A DNA stretch of 64,000 nt from Gammaproteobacteria bacterium (GCA_965116495.1 OZ220696.1:3680001-3744000); one strand, 5' to 3'. Shown: positions 29,622 through 39,718, counted from the first letter of the stretch. Numbers and translations are program-made. Notes: generated from the sequence alone by a model not told the origin.

Positions 29622-31193
29622 TTATCCATCTCGGTCCCAGGTTTCCGGGCCTACTCCCCACTCCTTAAGCATATACTTTTTTATTTTCCCGTTCTCGGTT
29701 AACGGCAGTTCGTCCACGTATTGCAGGTAGCGCGGGACTGCGAAACGGGCGAGACGGTCTTCGAGATAACGGATTACGGCATCCGGATCAGGCAGGTTGC
29801 CGTCGAGCGGGACGATGAACGCCATTACGTCTTCTTCGCCTACCTCTGCCGGGACTCCGACCACTGCGGTGCTTTTGATGTCCGGGTGGGACAGCAATGC
29901 CTGTTCAACCTCCCAGGAGGAGATATTCTCGCCGCGGCGGCGGATGGAATCCTTGATACGGTCGAGAAAGTGGTAGATCCCCTGGTCGTCCCGGAGCACG
30001 CGGTCGCCGGTATGGAACCAGAGGTTGCGCCAGGCCGTTGCCGTCGCCCCGGGGTTGCCGAAATAGCCGTTGGCGACGCTGAATGGTTCGCTATGGCGGA
30101 TGACAAGTTCCCCGGCGGCGCCGGCGGCGACTTCGCTGTCGTTTTCATCGACTATCCGTACCTCGAAGCCGGGCACGACGCGCCCCATTGTCCCGGGCGC
30201 ATAGCCGCCGATCGTGTTCGACATGACCAGGTTGGTTTCCGTGGAGCCGTAGCCTTCGATAAGCCGAATGCCGAAGCGTTGATAAAACTGCTCCACGAGT
30301 TCCGGTGAAGTTGCCGGTGACAAGCCGACGCGGATGCTGTGTGCGCGGTCTGCCGCTCCCGGCGGACTCTTGAGCAGGATAAACACCATGGCGCCCAGGA
30401 GGTAAGTTACCGTTGCGCCGGCCTGACGCGCCTGGTCCCAGAACTGCGAAGCGGAGAAGCGTTCGCCGAAACTGAATGTCGCACCGGCCAGCAAGGCTTG
30501 CCACATGGTATTCAAGGCATTGGTATGGAAGAACGGCAATACCGTGAACAGCACGTCGTCCGAGGTAACGTCCAGCGCCTCCCCGGTCAGCACCCCCCAC
30601 CAGAAGAACTGGGCATGGGGGCATATCACGCCCTTGGAAGGCCCGCTTGTGCCGGACGTGTACAGGATTGCTACCGGGTCGCCGGGTGGCGCCGCATGGG
30701 CGGCAAGCGGTTCACCGGGCGGTGGCAGTGGGGCGGCGGGCAGGCCGCCGTTCATATCCGTTGCCGCGCCGGTGATGCAGATACGGGTAGCGATTACCGG
30801 CCGGACAACCGGGTCGTGCAGGTGTTCAAGCAATTGCCGGTCGGTGACGATCAGCGCCGGGTCCGCCAGCGTCAGGGCATGGCGTAACTGTGCGCCGCGA
30901 AACTCGGTATTGATGGGCACCAGCACCGCGCCCAGCCAGGCCGCGCCGAACCAGAGTTCTATCAGGTCCATGCTATTGGGCAGGAACGCGATGACCCGGT
31001 CTCCTACCTGTACGCCGGCGGCCGCGAGACGTCCGGCGCTGCGTGCGGCAATATCCGGCGCCCCGGCATAAGTGATGGAGCGGGATGCAGATGCTATCAA
31101 CGTCTTGTCACCGCGGCGCGCCGCCTGGAGGCTGAGTATCCGGGGTAATGTGCGGCTGGCGTAGGGTATTGATCGGGCTTGTTCAGCGCTCAT
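29622..31193 (-). CDS. ATP-dependent acyl-CoA ligase (CaiC-like)
   Basis: YTSGTSGPSKG, YGSTE, WFHTGD, RRRGENISS and LPLTENGKI. Confidence 0.92.
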   Translation of the reverse strand: MSAEQARSIPYASRTLPRILSLQAARRGDKTLIASASRSITYAGAPDIAARSAGRLAAAGVQVGDRVIAFLPNSMDLIELWFGAAWLGAVLVPINTEFRGAQLRHALTLADPALIVTDRQLLEHLHDPVVRPVIATRICITGAATDMNGGLPAAPLPPPGEPLAAHAAPPGDPVAILYTSGTSGPSKGVICPHAQFFWWGVLTGEALDVTSDDVLFTVLPFFHTNALNTMWQALLAGATFSFGERFSASQFWDQARQAGATVTYLLGAMVFILLKSPPGAADRAHSIRVGLSPATSPELVEQFYQRFGIRLIEGYGSTETNLVMSNTIGGYAPGTMGRVVPGFEVRIVDENDSEVAAGAAGELVIRHSEPFSVANGYFGNPGATATAWRNLWFHTGDRVLRDDQGIYHFLDRIKDSIRRRGENISSWEVEQALLSHPDIKSTAVVGVPAEVGEEDVMAFIVPLDGNLPDPDAVIRYLEDRLARFAVPRYLQYVDELPLTENGKIKKYMLKEWGVGPETWDRDG

Positions 31194-31319
31194 GTGCTCT
31201 CCGGATTCAAGTTACCGCCATACTGGACTCAGATTACCGTCATACTGGCGTAAGCCAGTATCCAGTAATTAATCATTTTCCCACCCCATGAAACTAGCAA
31301 TCCTCAGGTGGACATTCTA

Positions 31320-31334
31320 ATCACAATTTGTGAT
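31320..31334. promoter_or_regulatory. Putative LysR-type operator (ATC-N9-GAT)
   Basis: Perfect inverted repeat ATCACAA-T-TTGTGAT about 130 bp upstream of the CoA ligase and next to the LysR gene. Confidence 0.5.
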
Positions 31335-31365
31335 ATTGAATCATCATGAAAAACTATCCCTATGA

Positions 31366-32265
31366 TCAAACGGTCTGGACCAGGTCATGCAGAAGAGTAC
31401 GGAACCATACGTGTCCTGCATCGTCGTCCAGGTGCTTGTGCCACATCTGGTAGACAGGGACTGGGTGCGAAAATACCGGGTTGGGACAGATCGCAAGATT
31501 CATTTGCCTGGCATAGTTGTGTGCCAGCCGTTGCGGCAGGCAGGCAACCAGATCGGTGTTGGCCACTATGCCGGGCATTGCCAGCAGGTGGGATACTTCG
31601 GTTACGACCTTGCGCTGCAGGTCCTGTCTCTCCAGTTCCCGCTCGATCATGGGGATGTGCGTGCGCGTCGGCCGCAGGGCAACGTGTTCCAGTTCGAGAA
31701 AATCGTCCAGTGACAGGCCGGCATTGACTTTCGGGTGGTCTCTACGGGCTACACAGTAGCTCCGGTCCTGGAAGATCAGTTCCACGTGGTACTGGGGATC
31801 GTCAATCCTGACCCAGTCCCAGACCAGGTCAACCGTCCCGGACCGCAGCTCGGGTCGCAGTGTCGCGCCGGGTTCGGGGAGACAGACGACTTCCACCCCC
31901 GGTGCGCTGATGTTCAATTCACTGATGATATAGGGCAGGAAGTGCAGTTCGCCGTAGTCGGTCAAGGCGACGGTAAACTGGCGGTGCAGGGACTCGGGCC
32001 GGAACTCGAGGTTATTTTCCAGTGTATCGTCTACCAGTTGCAACGATTCCCGGATGGGATCGGCAATCTCCAGGGCTTTTGCCGTCGGCGCTACGCCTTT
32101 GGGCGTGCGTATGAATAATTCGTCGCCGTACAGCGCGCGCAGGCTGCTGAGGGCATTACTGATTGCCGGCTGCGATACGCATAACCTCGCGGCTGCGCGG
32201 GTGATGTTGCGCTCTCTCATCACCGCGTCAAATACCTTCAGCAGGTTAAGGTTTACGTTACGCAT
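31366..32265 (-). CDS. LysR family transcriptional regulator (NodD/DntR-like)
   Basis: LNLLKVFDAVMRERNITRAA...SQPAISNAL HTH and C-terminal DAGHVWFR. Confidence 0.95.
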   Translation of the reverse strand: MRNVNLNLLKVFDAVMRERNITRAAARLCVSQPAISNALSSLRALYGDELFIRTPKGVAPTAKALEIADPIRESLQLVDDTLENNLEFRPESLHRQFTVALTDYGELHFLPYIISELNISAPGVEVVCLPEPGATLRPELRSGTVDLVWDWVRIDDPQYHVELIFQDRSYCVARRDHPKVNAGLSLDDFLELEHVALRPTRTHIPMIERELERQDLQRKVVTEVSHLLAMPGIVANTDLVACLPQRLAHNYARQMNLAICPNPVFSHPVPVYQMWHKHLDDDAGHVWFRTLLHDLVQTV

Positions 32266-32280
32266 TGCGACTTGGCCGGT

Positions 32281-32301
32281 AATTTATGGGTGTCCCAAAT
32301 T
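32281..32301. repeat. Single 21-bp repeat (R)
   Basis: AATTTATGGGTGTCCCAAATT. Confidence 0.9.
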
Positions 32302-32420
32302 TGCCCGTGACTGATTGTGGCCGTATTTTCGTGTATTTTCAACTTGTAGTGCCGGTGTGCTTTGTTTATTCACTGCCTTAGGGCAATATACGCGTTTGGT
32401 GATAGTTTCAGGATGGTTGA

Positions 32421-34409
32421 ATGGGTTTTATCGAATCGATCAAGAGAATATTGAACCGCGCGGTTGCGGACTGTTTCGCGGGGTCTGATGCGCCATTCGA
32501 GTGCCAGGTGACGCCGTGCCAGGATAAACAGTTTGGTGATTACCAGTCCAACCTGGCGTTCCTGCTGGCAAAGCGGGAGAAGACCAGCCCGCGCGGGATT
32601 GCCGAGGCCGTTGTCCAGAGAGTGCGTGCCGATTTCGAGTTCGCTATCGAGGCAGCCGAAACAGCGCGCAGCAGCGCCGGCGACGTTGCCGGGTCGGTGC
32701 AGGCCGAACAGGCGCGGCCTGGGGAACGGGGAGATCTCGCTGCAGATGCCAAGGGGACGGATTTCAAATCCGTCCCCCGTCCGGGCGTGGAGAAGGGCGC
32801 TCCGGGAGAAAGCGCCGCAGACGGCGCTGGTTCCATGAGCGCGCGGGACTTGATAGAGACCATCGAAATCGCCGGGCCGGGGTTCATAAATATCCGTATT
32901 AAAGATACCGCGCTGGCCGGGGAGGTATTGCGTACCCTGGCGGACCCGAGGTGCGGGGTGGGCCGGGTCGCGCAGCCGCAACGGATCGTTGTGGACTATT
33001 CCAGCCCCAACCTCGCCAAGGACCTGCACGTGGGCACCATGCGTTCGACGGTTATCGGCGACTCCATTGCCAGGGTACTGGAATTCCTGGGCCATGACGT
33101 GCTGCGCCAGAACCATTACGGGGACTGGGGCGCCAATTTCGGTGTACTGGTTGCGATGATAAAACAGGAGTACGGCGCCGGCCTGGACGAACTGCGGGCT
33201 GCGCCGCTGGAAGCGGTGGAAGAGTTGTATTCCCGGGGCAGCAGGTTGAAGGCAACCGATGACGATTTTGCCGCCAGGGTCGCCGCTGAAGTAAATAACC
33301 TGCAATCCGGCCATCCTGAGTCGGTGGCAGTCTGGGAGGTGCTGATGGAGAAGACCCTGCGCAACTGCCACGGGTTGTACAGGACGTTCAACGTCAGCCT
33401 GGATGCGTCCCATGACTGTCCGGAGAGTTTCTATCGGGATGATCTGCCCCGGGTCGTCAGCGAGTTGTACGAACGGGACCTGCTGGTCGATGACAATAAT
33501 GCCAAATGTGCCTACCTGGACGGGTTCTATAATGTCGACGGTGACCCGCTTCCCACGATCGTGCAGAAAAGCGATGCAGGCTATAACTATTCGACCACCG
33601 ACCTGGCCGGGATCAGGCACCGGGTCAACCGGCTGGGCGCGCAGCAGATCATTGTCGTGACCGATCGTGGCCAGGAGCTGCATTTCCGCATGCTCCGGGC
33701 TTTGGCGCAGAAGGCGGGCTGGTTGCCCGACAGCGTGCAGTTGCGGCATCTTGGCTACGGCGTGATACTGCAGGAGATCACGCAGGACGGGCAGACCAGG
33801 AAGGTCAGGTTCAGGACCCGCCGCGGCGGCACGGTCAAGATAAGGGACCTGCTGGCCGAGGGGCGCCGGCGCAGCGAGCGGCTCACCCTGGAGAGAAACC
33901 CGGATATCGGTGCGGATGAACTGGATGAGATTGCCGGGAAGCTGACTATCGCCGCGCTCAAGTATGCAGACCTGAAACAGCGCCCGGAATCGGATTACAC
34001 CTTCAACTGGGACCAGATGCTCGCCAGCCAGGGTAACACGGGCATCTATATACTGTACGGTTACGTCCGTATTGCCAGCCTGTTCGCTAAATCCGGGCTG
34101 GCCGCGGAAGAACTGGCGCAAAGCCCGGGCGCGATCGCCCTGACCCATGACCTGGAGCGGGAACTGCTGATGCAGCTTGTCTCATTTCCCGAACTTTTTT
34201 CAGGTTATGAAGAGGAATTGACTTCCCACATTATCTGCCACTACCTGTATGAACTGGCGGGTTGTTACAGCCGCTTCTGGAAGGATTGCCCTGTCCTGAC
34301 GGCGACCGGGAATGTCAGGCGCACCCGCCTGGTATTAAGCCTGGCCGTGGCCCACCGCCTTAAACTGGGCCTGTCCCTGCTGGGCATCGACGTGGTAGAA
34401 CGTATGTAA
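32421..34409 (+). CDS. argS: Arginine--tRNA ligase with an N-terminal-domain insertion of about 65-70 aa
   Basis: FGDYQSN, AGPGFIN, VDYSSPNLAK, GDWG, KSDAGYNY, YADL, GNTG and C-terminal ERM. Confidence 0.92.
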   Translation: MGFIESIKRILNRAVADCFAGSDAPFECQVTPCQDKQFGDYQSNLAFLLAKREKTSPRGIAEAVVQRVRADFEFAIEAAETARSSAGDVAGSVQAEQARPGERGDLAADAKGTDFKSVPRPGVEKGAPGESAADGAGSMSARDLIETIEIAGPGFINIRIKDTALAGEVLRTLADPRCGVGRVAQPQRIVVDYSSPNLAKDLHVGTMRSTVIGDSIARVLEFLGHDVLRQNHYGDWGANFGVLVAMIKQEYGAGLDELRAAPLEAVEELYSRGSRLKATDDDFAARVAAEVNNLQSGHPESVAVWEVLMEKTLRNCHGLYRTFNVSLDASHDCPESFYRDDLPRVVSELYERDLLVDDNNAKCAYLDGFYNVDGDPLPTIVQKSDAGYNYSTTDLAGIRHRVNRLGAQQIIVVTDRGQELHFRMLRALAQKAGWLPDSVQLRHLGYGVILQEITQDGQTRKVRFRTRRGGTVKIRDLLAEGRRRSERLTLERNPDIGADELDEIAGKLTIAALKYADLKQRPESDYTFNWDQMLASQGNTGIYILYGYVRIASLFAKSGLAAEELAQSPGAIALTHDLERELLMQLVSFPELFSGYEEELTSHIICHYLYELAGCYSRFWKDCPVLTATGNVRRTRLVLSLAVAHRLKLGLSLLGIDVVERM

Positions 34410-34412
34410 GCA

Positions 34413-34467
34413 AATTTGGGACACCCATGAATTAATAAATATTATTAATTCATGGGTGTCCCAAATT
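34413..34467. repeat. 21-bp repeat doublet (F,R) with a 34-bp period
   Basis: Copies at 34413 and 34447; spacer AATAAATATTATT. Confidence 0.92.
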
Positions 34468-34474
34468 AGGTGCT

Positions 34475-34505
34475 CGCAGGGGGTGTGCCAGGGAAGGCGC
34501 ACATC
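34475..34505. repeat. Inverted copy of the 37615 repeat head
   Basis: CGCAGGGGGTGTGCCAGGGAAGGCGCACATC is the reverse complement of 37615-37645 with one mismatch. Confidence 0.8.
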
Positions 34506-34517
34506 AATCAGGTTTTG

Positions 34518-35366
34518 TTATTCTCCGCTTAACAGGGACTGTGCTTCGCTGCTGTAGGAGATTCCGTACCTGCTTTTCAAATCCTTGAGCAGGTCCAGTT
34601 TTACCTGTTCGGTCCGGTTCCTTTGCCAGTCCTGTAATACCCGGGTTTTGCTTTCGCTGAACGGGATTGGTTCGGCGTCCCGCACATTAAACAGGTAGAC
34701 CAGGTGGTAGCCGTAGCCGGACCGGACCGGTCCCTGCCAGCTTCCCGTCTGCACGGTGAACAGTGTTGCCGCAAAGTCTTCGCCGAACAGCCTGCCCAGT
34801 TGCGAGCGGCTGATGTCGGTGAATTCGTGCGGCAGCATGAATGCATCGCCCAGTGCTGGATTTTCATCGAGTCCTCCAGGGCGGGACAGCAACGCCGTCG
34901 CGTCTTTCTCTGCGCTGGTGTTGCGCCGGTCCTGGCTGAAATAGATATGCTTGAAACCCAGCCTGGGTTCCGTGTGGTACAGGTCGGGATGCGCCTCGTA
35001 CCATTCCATGAGTTCTGCCTCGGTGGGTGGGACCTGTTGCGCCGCGCTCTCGGCCAGCAGGGTCATTTTCTGCACCAGGCGGCGGCGCACAATCGGGTCG
35101 CCCTGTTCCAGTCCCAGTGACCTCGCTTCGCGGTAGAACAGTTCTTCAAAGAGGTAGTCTTCGAGCAGGCCATCCAGTTCGTCCGGTGTCGGTTCACGGT
35201 CAGCCCGGAGTTGCCAGGAGGCCTTGAGACGTTCTATAACGGTTTTGTCTATGGCAATTTGGTCGTCGGACCGGGTATCCGGTCCGATCAGGGAATACAG
35301 GAGGAAAATGAGGACACCTGCCAGGAAAAAATGCACCAGGGGTTCTTGCAGGATCTTTTTGCTCAC
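34518..35366 (-). CDS. Parvulin-like peptidyl-prolyl cis-trans isomerase family protein
   Basis: EPLVHFFLAG anchor, DPIVRRRLVQKM and WQGPVRSGYGYHLV. Confidence 0.85.
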   Translation of the reverse strand: MSKKILQEPLVHFFLAGVLIFLLYSLIGPDTRSDDQIAIDKTVIERLKASWQLRADREPTPDELDGLLEDYLFEELFYREARSLGLEQGDPIVRRRLVQKMTLLAESAAQQVPPTEAELMEWYEAHPDLYHTEPRLGFKHIYFSQDRRNTSAEKDATALLSRPGGLDENPALGDAFMLPHEFTDISRSQLGRLFGEDFAATLFTVQTGSWQGPVRSGYGYHLVYLFNVRDAEPIPFSESKTRVLQDWQRNRTEQVKLDLLKDLKSRYGISYSSEAQSLLSGE

Positions 35367-35442
35367 GAATCTTGTATAAACGGACAGTCAAGGAGATTAA
35401 TTGATATATTATCCATAAATTACGTAGATAGGAATTGCACTG

Positions 35443-37611
35443 ATGAGCGAACGAGTTGAATTACACGGATTATCCATTGCAAGGGAACTGTATGACCTGG
35501 TCTGTGATGAGATCATGCCGGATACCGGTGTCGACCCGGACCGGTTCTGGGCGGACCTGTCCCGCATCGTGGCCGATCTCGGACCCAAGAACCGGGCATT
35601 GTTGGACAAGCGTGACGAACTGCAGGCGAAGATCGACGGGTGGCACCAGGCCAACCTGGATTTTCAACCGGAGGAATACAAGGGGTTCCTTGAGGGGATT
35701 GGTTATCTTGCGCCGGAAGGCGGATCCTTCAAGGTGACTGTCGCCAATGCCGATGCGGAGATCACCCGCATCGCCGGACCGCAACTGGTGGTGCCCGTGG
35801 ATAATTCCCGTTACGCCCTGAACGCCGCAAACGCCCGCTGGGGCAGCCTGTATGATGCGTTGTACAGCACCGACGTGATCCCCGAGATAGAAGGCTGCAA
35901 ACGCGCCGGCCGGTACAATCCCGTGCGCGGCCGCAAGGTCATAGACTACGCGCGCCGCTTCCTGGACCGCGCCACGCCCATGGCCGTGGGCAGCCATGAC
36001 TACGTGGTGAAGTACAAGGTGAAATCGGGCCAGCTGGTCGGCGTCATGGGCGATGGCAGCGAGCATGGCTTGGGCAAACGTGAGCGGTTTGCCGGTTATA
36101 CCGGTAACCCGGACGCCCCCGACAGTGTCCTGCTGCGCCATAATGCCATGCATATCGAACTGCGGCTGGGGGAGGGCTACTACATCGGCCGTAACGACCT
36201 GGCCGGTGTTTACGATATTCAACTGGAAGCCGCGGTCAGTGCGATCATGGACTGCGAGGATTCGGTCTCGGCAGTGGATGCGCCGGACAAGGTGGCCGTG
36301 TACCGGAACTGGCTGGGACTTATGAAGGGCGACCTGACCCGCAAGGTGGAGAAAGACGGCAAGGTCATCGCGCGCACCCTGCACGATGACCGCAAGTACA
36401 AGGCGCCGAACGGCAGGACCCTTGTGCTGCCGGGACGGGCCTTGATGCTGCTGCGCAACGTCGGCCTGCACATGTACACCGATGCCGTGACGACGGCTGG
36501 CGGCGGGCAGATACCGGAAGGTTTTCTCGATGCCATGGTGACGACGCTGGCGGCCAAGCATGATTTACTGGGCAACGGCAGGTTCAGGAACAGCCGTACC
36601 GGCTCCATTTACATCGTCAAACCGAAACTGCACGGCCCGGAAGAGGTGGCTGCCACCGTGGAACTGTTTGAACGGGTGGAGGATGCACTGGGCCTGGACC
36701 GGTTGACCATCAAGATCGGGATTATGGATGAGGAACGCAGGACCACGGTTAACCTGAAAGAGTGTATCCGCGCCGCCGAGGACCGGGTGATATTCATCAA
36801 TACGGGTTTCCTCGACCGCACCGCTGATGAGATTCATACCAGCATGGAGGCCGGCCCCATGCTGCCCAAGGACAGGTTGAAGTCGGCGCGCTGGCTGCTT
36901 GCCTATGAAGACTGGAACGTGGATACCGGTATGGTCACCGGCCTGCCCAGGCACGCGCAGATCGGCAAGGGTATGTGGCCCGAACCGGATAACATGGCGG
37001 CCATGATGGACGTCAAGGTCAACCATCCCCGCGCCGGGGCGACCAGTGCCTGGGTCCCGTCACCCACCGCGGCCACATTGCATGCCATGCATTACCATCG
37101 GATCAACGTGGGCACGCGCCAGCGTGAGTTGATCCGGCTGAGCCGGGTCAATCCGGATGATCTGCTTGCCATCCCCCTGGTCGACAGGCATACGCTCAAT
37201 GATTTCGAGATCAGGAAAGAACTGGAAAACAACGCTCAGGGCATACTGGGTTACGTGGTGCGCTGGATTGAACAGGGAATAGGGTGCTCCAAGGTGCCTG
37301 ACGTCAATAACGTCAACCTCATGGAGGATCGGGCTACGCTGCGTATTTCCAGCCAGCATATTGCCAACTGGCTCCACCACGGCATCGTGACCAGGGAGCA
37401 GGTGGTCGATGCGTTCACGAAGATGGCGCCCCTGGTGGACTACCAGAACGCCGAAGACCCCTACTACGTCAACATGTCCCCGGACTTTGACCGGAGCATC
37501 CCGTTCCAGGCAGCCCTCGACCTGGTCTTCACCGGCCGCGAGGAACCCAACGGCTACACGGAACGGGTGCTGCACGCACGCCGCCGCCAATACAAGGAAG
37601 AACAAACCTGA
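35443..37611 (+). CDS. glcB: Malate synthase G
   Basis: [39 protein letters not shown] and [12 protein letters not shown]. Confidence 0.97.
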   Translation: MSERVELHGLSIARELYDLVCDEIMPDTGVDPDRFWADLSRIVADLGPKNRALLDKRDELQAKIDGWHQANLDFQPEEYKGFLEGIGYLAPEGGSFKVTVANADAEITRIAGPQLVVPVDNSRYALNAANARWGSLYDALYSTDVIPEIEGCKRAGRYNPVRGRKVIDYARRFLDRATPMAVGSHDYVVKYKVKSGQLVGVMGDGSEHGLGKRERFAGYTGNPDAPDSVLLRHNAMHIELRLGEGYYIGRNDLAGVYDIQLEAAVSAIMDCEDSVSAVDAPDKVAVYRNWLGLMKGDLTRKVEKDGKVIARTLHDDRKYKAPNGRTLVLPGRALMLLRNVGLHMYTDAVTTAGGGQIPEGFLDAMVTTLAAKHDLLGNGRFRNSRTGSIYIVKPKLHGPEEVAATVELFERVEDALGLDRLTIKIGIMDEERRTTVNLKECIRAAEDRVIFINTGFLDRTADEIHTSMEAGPMLPKDRLKSARWLLAYEDWNVDTGMVTGLPRHAQIGKGMWPEPDNMAAMMDVKVNHPRAGATSAWVPSPTAATLHAMHYHRINVGTRQRELIRLSRVNPDDLLAIPLVDRHTLNDFEIRKELENNAQGILGYVVRWIEQGIGCSKVPDVNNVNLMEDRATLRISSQHIANWLHHGIVTREQVVDAFTKMAPLVDYQNAEDPYYVNMSPDFDRSIPFQAALDLVFTGREEPNGYTERVLHARRRQYKEEQT

Positions 37612-37614
37612 TTT

Positions 37615-37840
37615 GATGTGCGCCTTCCCTGGCGCACCCCCTGCGGGCGTCCTTCGGACGTCCAAATCCGTTCCGGACGGATTTGTGATATGCGCCTTCC
37701 CTGGCGCACCCCCTGCGGGCGTCCTTCGGACGTCCACAAATCTGTATGGAACAGATTTGAACAGTCGAGCCTAGCGAGGCTGGCCCCGCAGGGGCGAAGT
37801 ACAGGACGTACTTTGTAAATCCGTTCCGGACGGATTTGTG
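37615..37840. repeat. 72-bp multi-hairpin intergenic repeat, tandemly duplicated, plus a partial third copy
   Basis: GATGTGCGCCTTCCCTGGCGCACCCCCTGCGGGCGTCCTTCGGACGTCC at 37615 and 37687; AAATCCGTTCCGGACGGATTTGT recurs. Confidence 0.85.
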
Positions 37841-37921
37841 AGACACCCATAAATTGGAACCAACCTAATTTGGGACACCCATGAATTAATAAATGTTTTA
37901 AATTCATGGGTGTCCCAAATT
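37836..37921. repeat. 21-bp repeat cluster (degenerate F,F,R)
   Basis: Copies at about 37836, 37867 and 37901. Confidence 0.88.
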
Positions 37922-37992
37922 TCCCTTAAATATATTGCATTGCACAAACAACGGTTATAGACTTGTGTCATTTACTTCTGATGGGATAAACG

Positions 37993-38808
37993 ATGCAGAT
38001 ACAAGACAGAGTTGCCGTCGTTACGGGTGGGGCAAGCGGTATCGGGCGCGCCGTGTCGCTGGAACTGGCTCGCCGGGGTATCATGAAGATTGCCGTAATC
38101 GATCAATCCGAACAAACGGATATTGCTGTCGACCAGATCAATAATGAGATTACCCGGGATGTGGCGATAGCGTACTGCGGGGACGTCAGCGATGATGGGT
38201 TCCGCACCCGTGTTTACGATGAGGTCTGCGCCAGGTACGGGATTCCCAGTATCTGCATCCCTGCCGCCGGCATTACGCTTGATGCGCTGGCCGTCAAGGT
38301 CAACAAGGAAACGGGCAGGGCCGCCATGTACCCCAGGGAAAAATTCCAGCGTGTAGTCAATATCAATCTTATCGCCCCGGTCTACTGGGCCATGGAAATG
38401 ATTTCACGTATCGCGGAGGACAGGGCGCAGCGCGGGTTGAAAAAGTGGCACCCCGACGAGCATGTGCAGGGGACAGTGATCTTAATCGGATCCGTGTCGT
38501 CCCAGGGGGTCAAGGGCCAGATCTCCTACGCAACCACCAAGGCCGGACTGGAGGGCGCGGCGGCGACACTGATGAAGGAAGCGATTTTTTACGGCGTCCG
38601 GTGTGGGGTGATCCATCCCGGCTATACCGATACCCCCATGGTGCGGGCGCTGGGTGATGAATATATTGAAAACCACGTCCTGCCGGATACCCAGATCAAC
38701 AGGTTAATCCGGCCCGATGAGATAGCCGATGCGATCTGTTTCATGATTTCCAACTCGATCGTATCCGGCCAGTTGTGGGCGGACGCCGGCTGGCACCCGT
38801 CTGCCTAG
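37993..38808 (+). CDS. SDR family oxidoreductase (3-oxoacyl reductase-like)
   Basis: TGGASGIG, YATTK and PGYTDTPM. Confidence 0.9.
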   Translation: MQIQDRVAVVTGGASGIGRAVSLELARRGIMKIAVIDQSEQTDIAVDQINNEITRDVAIAYCGDVSDDGFRTRVYDEVCARYGIPSICIPAAGITLDALAVKVNKETGRAAMYPREKFQRVVNINLIAPVYWAMEMISRIAEDRAQRGLKKWHPDEHVQGTVILIGSVSSQGVKGQISYATTKAGLEGAAATLMKEAIFYGVRCGVIHPGYTDTPMVRALGDEYIENHVLPDTQINRLIRPDEIADAICFMISNSIVSGQLWADAGWHPSA

Positions 38809-38904
38809 AAATATTCGGGATCAGAGTAAGAATACTCAACGGTAAACCGGCGCTGCCTGCTGGCGACTGTACTTTTACTCTGACCCCAAATATCCGAGCG
38901 GAGC

Positions 38905-39681
38905 TTATTCTATGACTAATTGCGGCTCGTCTTCCAGGCCTGCTTCGAATATATCGTCATAACCCTCGGAAGGCGGATTGCCGTCGTGGATCAGGTACCT
39001 GCGTTGCTGCAGGTAAGCCTCGCGGGTAAATGAGTAGGGATCGATGGAGGCCTCCTCGACAAATTCCGTTGCCTCCAGCAGGTTTGCCCTGTCGCTGATT
39101 AAATTCAGGGCACTGACCGGCAGCAGGAAAATGGAAGAAATATACGCAAACGGATTGGTAAAATAGCTGCCCGGCAGATCCGGGCTGTTGCGCGCAGTGT
39201 ACGGGCCGAGGAAAGGCAGGTAAAGGTAAGCGCCCGGTTCAACCCCCCATACCGCCAGGGTCTGGCCGAAGTCCTCATCGTTCTCCTTCAGGCCCATATC
39301 CGTGGCGACGTCGAATAACCCGCCGAGTCCGACCGTGGAATTGACCACAAAACGGGTCAAATCAGAGAATCCCTGGCCAAGCTTGCCCTGCAGGAACGAG
39401 TGCAGGATAACATTCAGGTATTCCAGGTTATCGAAGAAGTTCGTAATCCCGTCACGCAACGGTTCCGGCGTGATTTTTACATAGTTCCGTGCGACCGGGG
39501 TCATAATATGCTTGTCCAGTGCGTCATTGAACCTGTAGAAGGACCGGTTGGTATCCTCATACGGGTCCGGGTTGACTTCACCGTCTACGATTTGATTGCC
39601 GGCACAGCCCGTAAGTAAGGCTGCTGCCAGTAGTACTGCGAATAAAGAAACCGGACAATCATGTCTGTGTTTATTCATCAT
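38905..39681 (-). CDS. mlaA: VacJ/MlaA family lipoprotein
   Basis: Lipobox LTGC, DPYEDTNR, EDFGQTL and YLQQR. Confidence 0.9.
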   Translation of the reverse strand: MMNKHRHDCPVSLFAVLLAAALLTGCAGNQIVDGEVNPDPYEDTNRSFYRFNDALDKHIMTPVARNYVKITPEPLRDGITNFFDNLEYLNVILHSFLQGKLGQGFSDLTRFVVNSTVGLGGLFDVATDMGLKENDEDFGQTLAVWGVEPGAYLYLPFLGPYTARNSPDLPGSYFTNPFAYISSIFLLPVSALNLISDRANLLEATEFVEEASIDPYSFTREAYLQQRRYLIHDGNPPSEGYDDIFEAGLEDEPQLVIE

Positions 39682-39718
39682 TACTGCTGTTCCTCATAGC
39701 TCAAAACTGCTTTGCAAG

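Noticed and set aside
32370-34148. 592-aa ORF antisense to argS
   Set aside because: No recognisable motifs; long antisense frames are expected from high-GC codon bias, as also seen opposite acs, hpnN, dxs and glcB.
37409-37971. Several short ORFs after glcB
   Set aside because: They are translations of the 72-bp and 21-bp repeats.
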